From an uncultured archaeon (GTDB lineage Archaea > Asgardarchaeota > Thorarchaeia > Thorarchaeales > Thorarchaeaceae): DNA of 64,000 nt. Made by a program: the position numbers and the translations under genes. Positions within the stretch are counted from its first letter, which is position 1, and every line of letters starts with the position of its first letter. The stretch spans positions 21,226 to 85,225 of the forward strand of contig CAYWJO010000009.1 of NCBI GenBank assembly GCA_964458565.1. Reading direction: 5' to 3'. The notes under the pieces are model-generated. The model saw only the letters and a list, made by a program, of their open reading frames with translations. It was not told where the DNA came from and made no database searches. This document shows positions 49,635 through 59,450 of the stretch, piece by piece.

Positions 49635-50834
49635 TCATTGTTTCAGTTGATTTCTAACATATTCAATGAGATTCATGAAGAGACCTTCCGGATTCTCCAC
49701 CTCTGTGAATCCTCCAGTATATGAATCACCTTTTCCTCCCCCTCGCCCTCCGAGTTCGATTATCTTAGAGGCTATATATTCACTAGCATCCTTTGGCAAA
49801 TCATTGGTCCAGAAAATGAGATTGCTCTTTTCTCCTGGCGCAAAGAACAGTATTGCGGTTGGACCCTCAAGTGATAGTGTTTTCAAAGCGTTTCTGAGTT
49901 GATTAGAGCTGAATCCTGGGAACATCTCATAGCGGAATTGAATTTCATTGACAATTTCATTAGCTGGAAGTTTTGAGATGATTTCACTTATTCTTTCAAC
50001 CAGTGAAGACTGCTCATGTGCACATTTTTTACCTTTATCCAGAACTGCTCCTATTTGCTGTAATTCAAATGGATATGTGTGCTTTCGCTGGAGTAGCTGA
50101 TTGTAAATTGAAGAGACCCATTCGATTGCCCTTGGTCCTGTGAGTATCTCAAGTTGAACTCCATTTTCGATAACTTTGTAGTCGGTGAGTTTCAGGAAAC
50201 TGATCTCCCCTGTGCTCTTGACATGTGTTCCAGAACATGCTGAGGCATCGAATTCACCTATTCGAATAATTCGTACCAATTCCTTCAACGCAACTCCTTC
50301 TCGAGCACGAATCTCAGCATCAAGCTCTGAGGAGTCAATATATTCCGAGTATAGTGCAACATCCTCCTCAACAATTTTCTGAGATTCTCGCTCTGCCTTA
50401 TAGAGGATATCTGTGTCTACTTCTCCCGATATCTCGATAACAGCTCGTTCACCATCAATCCATATATATCCAAGATTTAATTCATTATCCAATTTTTGAA
50501 GAGTTCCTACATACAAATGTTCTGCGGAATGATTCATCATCATCGCCTTACGCCATTTAGTATCGATTGAGATGACTCCCTTGGACCCCTTTGGAACAGC
50601 CTTTTTCGTCAACAAGATAATACCCGTATCTGACTGTGCGGTATCAATAATTGGTATCGCTCTACCTTCAACGTGTAATATCCCCCTATCTCCAGCCTGT
50701 CCTCCTCCAGCTGGACGGATAACGTTCTCTTTAATCAATATTTCAAAATTCTCTCCAGAATGCGTACATTCTTCAATACTAACTTCAAACTCGTCAATAA
50801 GTGGATCTTTCCAATAAGGGAGTACTTCTTTCAT
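49635..50834 (-). CDS. alaX: AlaX-type tRNA editing protein with DHHA1 domain (start moved to ATG 50834)
   Basis: PAGGGQAGDRG, HSAEH, ACSGTHV, GGRGGG. Confidence 0.85.
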   Translation of the reverse strand: MKEVLPYWKDPLIDEFEVSIEECTHSGENFEILIKENVIRPAGGGQAGDRGILHVEGRAIPIIDTAQSDTGIILLTKKAVPKGSKGVISIDTKWRKAMMMNHSAEHLYVGTLQKLDNELNLGYIWIDGERAVIEISGEVDTDILYKAERESQKIVEEDVALYSEYIDSSELDAEIRAREGVALKELVRIIRIGEFDASACSGTHVKSTGEISFLKLTDYKVIENGVQLEILTGPRAIEWVSSIYNQLLQRKHTYPFELQQIGAVLDKGKKCAHEQSSLVERISEIISKLPANEIVNEIQFRYEMFPGFSSNQLRNALKTLSLEGPTAILFFAPGEKSNLIFWTNDLPKDASEYIASKIIELGGRGGGKGDSYTGGFTEVENPEGLFMNLIEYVRNQLKQ

Positions 50835-50919
50835 TGTTTCACACCTTAGCCGAAAGCGATAAAGCAGGGATGCATTCGAGTATACTAGTCTAACGATATC
50901 ATACTCGAGGTCATCATAT

Positions 50920-52173
50920 ATGTTTGATAGGTTCAAGAGAGACCCAGTTCAAAGAGCAAAGAAACACATAGAGAAAGCACTCGTGGAACTTGAAGAGGAT
51001 TATCCGCAGTATGCAAGCGAGGAATATGAGAAATCCGCCAGGTTATTCTTAGAAGCCGAAGAAATTGATTTTGCAGTGAAGTATTTTCGTGAGGCAGCTA
51101 CATGTGCTCTTCTTGCAGATGACCACATTCGTGCATCTGATATGAAAATTGCTGCGTCTGAAGTCTTACTGAGTGATAATAGATATGGTGCTGCAAGTGG
51201 TCTCTATTCTGAATCGTCTGATCATCTCTTTAGGCAAAAAAAGACAAATGAGTCGGGAAGAGCATTGGGATTGTCGATTCTTGCTGCTTTAGCTGCAAGA
51301 AACTTTGATACTGCTGTCAATGTATTGAAAAAGAGTGAGAAGCGATTAGGCAAAAACGAATCTACGAGGATTGGTATGCTGAATTTTGCTAGAGTCGCTG
51401 TAGATGTTCTCTGTGATGGAATAGCGAAAACAGAAAAAGAAGTGGAAAAAATAATCAATAGTACAAAGCCTCGAGAATCTGAAGCAGTCTTGGTTAATTT
51501 CGTATCACAATCTGTTAGACTTGGACTGAATACTGAGGTTACGCTTGAATGGGCTGGTAAAGATCGGGATAGTGTTCCAGCAAAAAATCCAATTGAATTT
51601 GAACTACGATATGATTGTCCAGTTCCTGTAAAGGTTGTAGAGTATCGATACGCTCTCTCTAATGGACTACGGATATCGAGAGAACCTGAATTTTCTACTA
51701 CTGAAACAAATTCAGATTCTTGGCTAATTGAGGTTTGTCCTGACCTAAGTGGGGATGGAAGTCTTGGTCCATTTAAATTGACCCTTGAAGGTGAAGAGGT
51801 ATTAGTGCACAAACCGAGTAATGTAATCGACTTTCGAATTGATAGGGCTCCTTCCGATTTGAAAATGAGCCTATCACCAAAAGTGGTTTCATGCAGTTTG
51901 GGCGATGAAGTTATCTTGGAAGTAACTCTCAGAAATGATGGGGATGGTCCCGCAGACAATGTGAAGGTGACTGTTGAATTATCTGATGGTCTTGAAGTAT
52001 CCCTCGGCTCAGCAGAAAAAACAATCCAATTCATTGGAAGTGGAGAGTCGATGCGAATTCAAATATATGCACGTCCAGTTGTAAGCTTAGGAGAAGAAAC
52101 CGTCACCGTGATAGTGATTGATTCGCGAACTAACATTGAGTTGAAAAATAGTACTCAGATAAGCGTCGGTTAA
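50920..52173 (+). CDS. SNAP/TPR-like alpha-solenoid fused to two Ig-like (CARDB/DUF11-like) domains
   Basis: Ala-rich helical repeats in residues 1-200; beta-sandwich motif 'LGDEVILEVTLRNDGDGPADNVKVTVELSDGL'; no signal peptide. Confidence 0.65.
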   Translation: MFDRFKRDPVQRAKKHIEKALVELEEDYPQYASEEYEKSARLFLEAEEIDFAVKYFREAATCALLADDHIRASDMKIAASEVLLSDNRYGAASGLYSESSDHLFRQKKTNESGRALGLSILAALAARNFDTAVNVLKKSEKRLGKNESTRIGMLNFARVAVDVLCDGIAKTEKEVEKIINSTKPRESEAVLVNFVSQSVRLGLNTEVTLEWAGKDRDSVPAKNPIEFELRYDCPVPVKVVEYRYALSNGLRISREPEFSTTETNSDSWLIEVCPDLSGDGSLGPFKLTLEGEEVLVHKPSNVIDFRIDRAPSDLKMSLSPKVVSCSLGDEVILEVTLRNDGDGPADNVKVTVELSDGLEVSLGSAEKTIQFIGSGESMRIQIYARPVVSLGEETVTVIVIDSRTNIELKNSTQISVG

Positions 52174-52175
52174 GA

Positions 52176-52913
52176 TTATGTTTTTCGACGATGCTTCTTT
52201 GCTTCTTCTTCTCTAATATCCAGACAGGCTCCCATAACTTGCTGGATTGTTTCCTCTTCTTTGAATACTTTCAGTAAATCATCAGCTGCGTCAAGATCAT
52301 TTTCAGTCAGTGCTTCACTAAATGATAGGAGTGTCTTTAGCCATTGCTCTCGAGTCTTATCGATTATGCGATTTGCCTTCTCGATTCGTTCTTTCGCTTC
52401 CTTTGTCTTATTGATAGTTGCATAGCCCATAGCTGAGAGCGAAAAATCAATGACTGCTCTCTGAGCTTTTCCGTCCTGCAACGCTGATTCTGCAGCTTTG
52501 TCATAGAGTTCTCCCATATTCCTAGCACATTCAAGGAAATAATCTGTATTTCCTAAACGCTGACAGGCATATGCAGCCCAGAGATATGCTTGTGCTGCTG
52601 TTTCTGTCATATTGTCAAGTAATGCTTCCTGCGCAGCATTTTCATAAAGTGTAAGTGCTGTGGCAAAATCGCTGACTTGCTTGTATTGTGTTGCAGCTTC
52701 AAAATATGCTGTTGCGGCAGCTCGGTGATCATCTTTCTCCATGCTAGATTCAGCATACATATGATAGAACTCTGCTGCTTTCTTTGTCATTTCTAGAACG
52801 CGGTCGAGGTAGCAACTTGCAGCAGTTTTGTACTGATTAGCAGCTTGATAGTATCTCTCGTTCTCTGCAAATTCCCCAGCAATACGCTCCCATTGGCTGC
52901 ATTCTTCTTTCAT
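52176..52913 (-). CDS. SNAP (NSF attachment protein)-like alpha-solenoid protein
   Basis: Repeated AA..Y..AA..Y helical hairpins along the whole length. Confidence 0.65.
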   Translation of the reverse strand: MKEECSQWERIAGEFAENERYYQAANQYKTAASCYLDRVLEMTKKAAEFYHMYAESSMEKDDHRAAATAYFEAATQYKQVSDFATALTLYENAAQEALLDNMTETAAQAYLWAAYACQRLGNTDYFLECARNMGELYDKAAESALQDGKAQRAVIDFSLSAMGYATINKTKEAKERIEKANRIIDKTREQWLKTLLSFSEALTENDLDAADDLLKVFKEEETIQQVMGACLDIREEEAKKHRRKT

Positions 52914-53037
52914 TTTCTCGGCCTCTCGATGAGCAGATAGACTGTTCTCTATGTCTTATTGATGTTGTTACCTATCTTGCCATGCTCAAATATGTTGCGC
53001 CGATGGATATGGTTCGATTTTTCATTATCCAAAGAAC

Positions 53038-54312
53038 CTAGGAATCTTTCATTTCATCAAGAAGTTCCTGCGCCCTTTCAACTTTGACATTTTTCTCTCT
53101 TACTAATATTTCTGCAATTTTTTCTATCATGTCTCCTCTTGCTCCAGCGGTAGCAGCAACATTACGAGCATGAAGTGCCATATGACCCTTCTGTATTCCT
53201 TCTGATGCAAGTGCTCTCAATGCTGCTAGATTTTGTGCAAGTCCAACGCAAGCTATGACATGTCCAAGTTCTGTTGCGGTCTTAACATCAAGAATTTTTA
53301 CAGCAGCTCGCGCAACAGGATGTACTTTGGTTGCTCCTCCGACCAAGCCAACAGCCATTGGAATCTCAATGCTTCCTACTAAGTTACCTTCGCTATCCTT
53401 CTCATACTTTGTTAGAGAACTATAACCACCAACTGATGCGTATGTATGTGCACCTGCTTCTATCGCACGAAAATCATTACCTGTAGCAATTACAACTGCA
53501 TCGATCCCATTCATGATTCCCTTGTTATGTGTAGCGCATCTATAAGGGTCTGCCTCAGCAAATGCCCATGCTGCGATGATTGCGTCTACAACCTCTTCCC
53601 CACCTAAATGCTCCTTGTCAAAAACTGCTCTTCCCCTCACGAGTCTATGATCTGCGAGGTTGGAGAGTATGCGTAGAAGAACTTTCCCCCCAGAGATTGA
53701 TTCGATTCTTGGAGCAAGGGCTTCAGCCATTGTATTGACTGCATTAGCTCCCATTGCATCTCTTGTATCAACTAGTAATTCTGTTATGACCATTGGCCCA
53801 ATTACTGTATCAATCACCTTCACGCGAATATCTCTTGCTCCTCCTCCAAATTTAACAAGTATGGGGTCTTGTTCATTCGCGAGTTCTAGAAGACTTCCTT
53901 TTTTCTCCAAAATCTTTTGCTTTGCTGAGAATGGATTTGGAACTTCTATGGCTTGAATTTGAGCTATCATTATCGGTCCTGTGTCGATAGCAGAGAATCC
54001 ACCATGATTTCTGGTCATTCGAGCAGCATTACTTGCAGCAGCTACGACCGAGGGTTCTTCGATTGCCATTGGGACGAGATAGTCTTTTTCATTAACTCTG
54101 AAATTAGTAGCAATTCCCAAAGGAATTGTCATGGAACCTACTACATTTTCGATCATATGATCCAGAATCGTCATGTCTACCTTTCCTGGTTCAAAGAGTG
54201 GTACCAGATCTTCCTCTGGAACACCTGTTATTTCTTGTATCTTCTTTTTACGTTCTTCCAGAGTAAGTTTGTAAAATCCCGATATTCGCGAATCCTCGAC
54301 CATTGTAATCAC
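53038..54312 (-). CDS. mvaA: HMG-CoA reductase, class II
   Basis: SGFYK, IENV, EEPSVVAA, DAMGAN, THNKG, GIQKGHM. Confidence 0.93.
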   Translation of the reverse strand: MITMVEDSRISGFYKLTLEERKKKIQEITGVPEEDLVPLFEPGKVDMTILDHMIENVVGSMTIPLGIATNFRVNEKDYLVPMAIEEPSVVAAASNAARMTRNHGGFSAIDTGPIMIAQIQAIEVPNPFSAKQKILEKKGSLLELANEQDPILVKFGGGARDIRVKVIDTVIGPMVITELLVDTRDAMGANAVNTMAEALAPRIESISGGKVLLRILSNLADHRLVRGRAVFDKEHLGGEEVVDAIIAAWAFAEADPYRCATHNKGIMNGIDAVVIATGNDFRAIEAGAHTYASVGGYSSLTKYEKDSEGNLVGSIEIPMAVGLVGGATKVHPVARAAVKILDVKTATELGHVIACVGLAQNLAALRALASEGIQKGHMALHARNVAATAGARGDMIEKIAEILVREKNVKVERAQELLDEMKDS

Positions 54313-54404
54313 TCAGAAAGGACTCTGTATTTTCCTAATAAGAATGATGAAAGAGCCATGAAGCATTAGGTTTAAGTCATCTACATGTTTGCACGATTCT
54401 GGTT

Positions 54405-55925
54405 TTGACAATGTCATCAGAGCGAGACTTTAGCGATATAATAGTTGGTCTGTGTAAAAACAGAGGATTCTTCTGGGGTCCATCTCCTGAGATCTATGGA
54501 GGTAGTGCTGGGCTCTTTGATTTAGGTCCTTTGGGTAAATTGCTAAAGAATCGACTTGAGAGTGAGATTCGTCGAACATTCGTTCGTGCAGCATTTTGGG
54601 AGGTAGAGTGCCCCACAGTATCTCCGGAAATTGTTTGGGAGGCTTCAGGACACCTTGAGGGTTTCATGGATCCTATTACTGAATGTACGAAGTGCGGACA
54701 GGGTTTCAGGGCTGACACCTTAATAGAGGAACAGGCACCAGATGCAAATATCAAAGGTCTCTCGATTGATGAGTTGACTGAAAAACTGAAGGAACTTGAG
54801 ATTAAATGTCCGGTTTGCAAGAGTCCGATGGGACCAGTCCGACAATATAATCTCATGTTGAAAACACGCCTAGGTCTCAATCAGGATGCCTATATGCGAC
54901 CTGAAACAGCAACTACCACATACCTACTCTTTCGAAGATTTCTCACATTCTTCAGAGATAAACTTCCCTTTTCTGTATTTCAAATCGGGAAGGCATATCG
55001 AAATGAGATCAGTCCTCGACAGGTGATGTTGCGTCTTAGAGAATTCACTCAGGTTGAGGGTCAGATTTTCATTCTCGAAGAAGATGAGAATAATTGGCTT
55101 CCATATGAATCTACTAAAGACGAAACCATGCCCTTGCTTACAAATCAGATTCAAGAGAAGAAGGGAGTGGATCCCACACAAATTTCACTCAAAGACGCTC
55201 TCAAGAAAGGATATTTCCAGAAGCCTGCATACGCTTGGTGTGTCTATCTTGCATATTCGATTTTCAAGGAAATGGGCTTCACTGACAAGACAATGCGACT
55301 TCGGCAACATCTTCCTACTGAGCGCGCTCATTATGCAGCAGATGCTTGGGATGTTGAGATATTAACGAAGAGTTTTGGTTGGGTGGAATGTTGTGGAATT
55401 CATGATCGTGGGAATTATGATTTGACACGACATCAGGAGTATTCAAAGGAAAAACTAAGTGTAAAGGTGAACAAGAAACCCACTGTCCCGAATGTCCTTG
55501 AGATTGCTTTTGGAGTTGAGCGTCCTTTATTCTGTGCGATTGATAATGCATATGTTGAGGATGAAGAGAGAACATGGTTGAATTTTCCGCCAACAATTGC
55601 ACCAATTCAGGTTGCAGTTTTCCCACTGATGGGTAAAGAGGAACTAGAAGGTCCTGCAAAGGAAATCTATCAGGAAATCACAGATTCAGGATTCATTACA
55701 TATTTCGATAGAAGTGGATCAATCGGAAAACGATATCGAAGGCAAGATGAGATAGGTACGCCATTCTGTATCACGATTGACTATGATTCCTTGGAGGATA
55801 ACACAGTAACCGTTAGAGATCGAAATAGCATGGATCAAGTTCGAGTCAGTAAATCCGATTTGGTTGCAACACTGTCCTCTCTTGTCAAAGGAGAAATTAC
55901 CTTTCGTTCAATACAAAAAGCTTGA
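54405..55925 (+). CDS. glyS: Glycine-tRNA ligase (archaeal/eukaryotic alpha2 type)
   Basis: EIYGG, SGH..F.DP, RPETA, RNEISPRQ..LRLREF, AHYA..WD.E, SIGKRYRRQDEIG. Confidence 0.95.
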   Translation: MTMSSERDFSDIIVGLCKNRGFFWGPSPEIYGGSAGLFDLGPLGKLLKNRLESEIRRTFVRAAFWEVECPTVSPEIVWEASGHLEGFMDPITECTKCGQGFRADTLIEEQAPDANIKGLSIDELTEKLKELEIKCPVCKSPMGPVRQYNLMLKTRLGLNQDAYMRPETATTTYLLFRRFLTFFRDKLPFSVFQIGKAYRNEISPRQVMLRLREFTQVEGQIFILEEDENNWLPYESTKDETMPLLTNQIQEKKGVDPTQISLKDALKKGYFQKPAYAWCVYLAYSIFKEMGFTDKTMRLRQHLPTERAHYAADAWDVEILTKSFGWVECCGIHDRGNYDLTRHQEYSKEKLSVKVNKKPTVPNVLEIAFGVERPLFCAIDNAYVEDEERTWLNFPPTIAPIQVAVFPLMGKEELEGPAKEIYQEITDSGFITYFDRSGSIGKRYRRQDEIGTPFCITIDYDSLEDNTVTVRDRNSMDQVRVSKSDLVATLSSLVKGEITFRSIQKA

Positions 55926-56110
55926 TTTCGTTTCCAAATATCTTACTCCGAATAATTTAATATATCAGAAGTCAGTACTTACATAGTAAGCATTGTGGTT
56001 GATTAGATGAGTGAAATTAATTTGGAATCTGTTGTTGAAGAGAAAAACGCCCACACATTATATGCTGGTATCCTGATAGTGATTACTCCATATAATCGAG
56101 GTAGTATTTG

Positions 56111-57409
56111 TTGAAATTTACATCTATCCGTAATTTCTCATTCTGCTTAATACTATGATTGTTAATTCATATACCTATCTCGACATTGAATTATTATGAA
56201 ACACAAATTGTTAAGGATTATACCCTCAGTGATGATACGTTAGAACCATATCGTGACGCCTTCTGGAAAAGCGACTCTGATGCAGTTTATCCAAAAGATG
56301 TAGAAGTATCACGAGATGGGTCTATCTTTATCACTGGATCGTGTGTTGATTATAAAGTACAAACTTCTCCTTCGAGTACACAGATTTCTACAAGTTACAG
56401 ATTCTTTCTTTGTAAGTTCAATGAATCCTTAAAACTACAGTGGGTTGATTATGGGGGTTCGATTGGAAATTCTTTAGAATGCTATAAAAACTCGGTGTAT
56501 ACCTCCTCTAATGATCTCAGCAAATATGATACTAATGGTAACAGAATTTGGAGTGATCGCTTAGATGGTATTGGAACTGATATCGCTATTGGTATTGATT
56601 CCGATCTTTATGTTGTAGGCTATAATGAATCCTTTGAGAGTTCTTATGGTCTGGTATCCAAACCATTCCTCTCGCGATATACCAGGAGTGGTATTGAATC
56701 TTGGACAAAAATATGGGGGGATTCAGATGGTTATGTAAAAGGTTATGCTGTTGAAGCCAGTGCCAATGGTAGTATCTTTGTTCTAACTTCAGATTCATTA
56801 TCGCAATGGAATAGCACTGGGAGAAAGCTTTGGGAGCATCAAGTGAGTGCTTTTGATAATTTGAATAATGCAGATATAGAAATTGGATCTGAAGGTGAAC
56901 TTTTTGTCGGGCGAAAATGCGATAACAAGTATGTAATTTCACGATATTATCAAAATGGTACTATTAAATGGGAGTATTCTATAAGTGTGAATACTGTCGC
57001 TTCTTCTCTTTCAATTACAGATGACAACTTCCTTTCTGCATTCGTATTGAATAAACAAGGGATCTCTGTTTTCACACCTCACTTATACACATTTGATTTT
57101 AATGGTTCATTGATTTGGTATGAACCTCTTCAACCAAAATGGGCTGTTGATGCTGATATGGAATTTTATGATTCGGGAGATTTCATCATTGTAGGTGCAA
57201 AGAGAATCCAATTGGTCGCAAATACATACAGTTATGTGACATACCTTGATTTGAGCTTGTTCAATACCTCAACTATGTTGAACGACGTTGAAACTTCAAT
57301 AACTACCTTGGACCCAATGCAAGCGAGTTTATATCTGGGAGGATTCTGCTTCGTTGTTGTAGTTGTGGTTTTTATGATATATAGAAGATACAATGGAAGA
57401 TTTAACTAA
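56111..57409 (+). CDS. Beta-propeller surface protein with C-terminal TM; signal peptide interrupted by in-frame TGA at 56156
   Basis: GAGGT RBS then TTG 56111: MKFTSIRNFSFCLIL*LLIHIP; repeats 'D..G.I(F/Y)..G', '(Y/W)D..G...W'; TM plus YRRY. Confidence 0.7.
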
Positions 57410-57585
57410 TTCAAACAGCTTCTAGTACAATACATTCCTTAATTTTAGATTTTCTAAAATATCATCTAACATCTGAACACAGAACGCCCTATTCATTTTA
57501 GAATGAGGATTGCTCCAAACAAATCTTGGCTGGGTAAGCTTTTAATTCACATCCACATTTGGAACTCTGCACTAGTTAAAAAGAT

Positions 57586-58911
57586 GTGAAAGAGTTGACA
57601 ACAACTAAAATTGCACCAATTGGAACATTAGTGGAATTACCCGATGGTGAAATTATTCGAATCCGCGGGTGGATACATCATGTCCGTGATCAAGGAAAGA
57701 TTCTCTTTCTGGTCATTCGTGATGCAACTGGTCTAGTACAGACTGTTTACAAAGGTGCAAATAATCCTGATAATTTCGATATGGCTAAGGGTCTTGCACG
57801 TGAAAGTGTGGTTCTAGTTGATGGCAAGATAAAGCGTGATGACAGAGCTCCATATATGGGACTAGAAGTTCAAGTCGATAGTATAGATATCATATCTAAA
57901 TCTGATCCCGAGATTGAGAATGAGCTTCGTCCTGATTCAGGACCAGAAGTTGCTCTTGACAAGCGTCATCTTGTGATACGTGGAGAATCCACAACAAAGA
58001 TTCTGAAGTTTCGTGCCTATACGCTACGAGCATTTAGAAAGTATTACGATGATCGAGGTTACCTTGAGATGACTCCTCCAACTATTGTACAGACTCAGGT
58101 TGAGGGAGGTAGTACACTCTTCGAATTTGACTACTTCGGAGAACCTGCATATCTGACACAATCATCCCAGCTCTATCTTGAAACAACCCTACCTAGTGTT
58201 GAGAAGGTATATTGCATACTACCATCCTTTAGGGCAGAAAAAAGTCGGACCAAGAGGCACTTAACTGAGTATACGCATTTAGAGGCTGAGCTTGCATTCT
58301 GCGATTTTGAGTGTCTTCTCGAGCTGCTTGAAGATATGACTGTTGAAGTGATTAAACTTCTGATTGAATGGTGCGGGGATATCATAAAGGACCTGAATCC
58401 CAACTTCGAAGTACCCAAACGTCCCTTTGAGAGAATCACTTATCATGATGCCATCCTTAAACTACGTGATTCTGGATTTACGTGGCCTGATGGTACAATA
58501 ATTGAAGAGGGACAGGAGCTTACTGAAGCAGCTGAACGCGCCTTGGTTGATCTCCATGATCGGCCTGTCTTTCTTACTGAGTTCCCTAGAGGCTTAAAGC
58601 CATTTTATCACAAAATAAAATCTGGGGATTCTACTGTCACAAACTCCGCTGACATGTTAGTCCCTTATGTTGCAGAGCTCATTGGGTCTGGTCAACGTGA
58701 GGATGATTATGAGACCCTGATGAAGAGAATCGATGAAGAAAATCTTGATATCTCTCCATATTATTGGTATGTTGACCTGCGTAGATATGGCACAACTCCT
58801 CATTCTGGCTTCGGCATAGGTATTGAGCGATTCGTTCAATGGGTCTTAGGTCTCGATCATATCAGAGATGCATGTCTTTATCCCCGTTTAATAAATCGTG
58901 CCCGACCTTAG
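57586..58911 (+). CDS. asnS: Asparagine-tRNA ligase
   Basis: OB fold; EGGSTLF..YFGEPAYLTQSSQLYLE, FRAEKSRTKRHLTEY, PHSGFGIGIER. Confidence 0.92.
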   Translation: MKELTTTKIAPIGTLVELPDGEIIRIRGWIHHVRDQGKILFLVIRDATGLVQTVYKGANNPDNFDMAKGLARESVVLVDGKIKRDDRAPYMGLEVQVDSIDIISKSDPEIENELRPDSGPEVALDKRHLVIRGESTTKILKFRAYTLRAFRKYYDDRGYLEMTPPTIVQTQVEGGSTLFEFDYFGEPAYLTQSSQLYLETTLPSVEKVYCILPSFRAEKSRTKRHLTEYTHLEAELAFCDFECLLELLEDMTVEVIKLLIEWCGDIIKDLNPNFEVPKRPFERITYHDAILKLRDSGFTWPDGTIIEEGQELTEAAERALVDLHDRPVFLTEFPRGLKPFYHKIKSGDSTVTNSADMLVPYVAELIGSGQREDDYETLMKRIDEENLDISPYYWYVDLRRYGTTPHSGFGIGIERFVQWVLGLDHIRDACLYPRLINRARP

Positions 58912-58990
58912 GCAATTCGGTTGATGAATGTCCTGTTCTATAGTAACAGAGATAAGGTGCATATACTATTCCAAATAAAGAGGGTCGCAT

Positions 58991-59440
58991 ATGAGTGAAA
59001 CACCTGAGCCTGTAGCGGTAAAAACGATTTTGGTTGCAGTAGATGGGTCCGAGTATTCAAACAAGGCTGTCAAATATGCTTGTGCAATTGGAACTCCCTC
59101 TGGTGCAGAAATTGTTCTGCTTTATGTTGTTTCTATGCTTGTATCAGCCACACCTTATCATGACACTGTTTCAGACCAGCCTTTCCTTGCGTTGCAAAAG
59201 GTAGGTGAGGACATCTTGTCCCGTGCTAAGGAACTCGCAATATCAATAGGATGCAATGTGACCGATTTGATAACTCATGGAGACCCCGCAACAAGAATCA
59301 TAGATGTTGCAGAGGAGCGCCATGTTGATCTTATTATTATGGGTTCACGAGGTGTGAGTGGGATTAAACGTCTCTTTGTAGGTTCAGTTAGTGACAAAGT
59401 TGTTAATCAGGCTCTATGTCCAGTGATGTTGGTAAGATAA
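58991..59440 (+). CDS. Universal stress protein
   Basis: ILVAVDGS, GDPA, DLIIMGSRG, GSVSDKV. Confidence 0.93.
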   Translation: MSETPEPVAVKTILVAVDGSEYSNKAVKYACAIGTPSGAEIVLLYVVSMLVSATPYHDTVSDQPFLALQKVGEDILSRAKELAISIGCNVTDLITHGDPATRIIDVAEERHVDLIIMGSRGVSGIKRLFVGSVSDKVVNQALCPVMLVR

Positions 59441-59450
59441 GATTTGGAAC

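Noticed and set aside
51222-52034. 270-aa antisense ORF
   Set aside because: Lies wholly opposite the 50920 gene, Ser-rich shadow composition, no motifs
4803-56158. Genome-wide UGA reassignment suggested by two in-frame TGAs
   Set aside because: TGA is the true stop of conserved genes such as trpS, glyS and fumC
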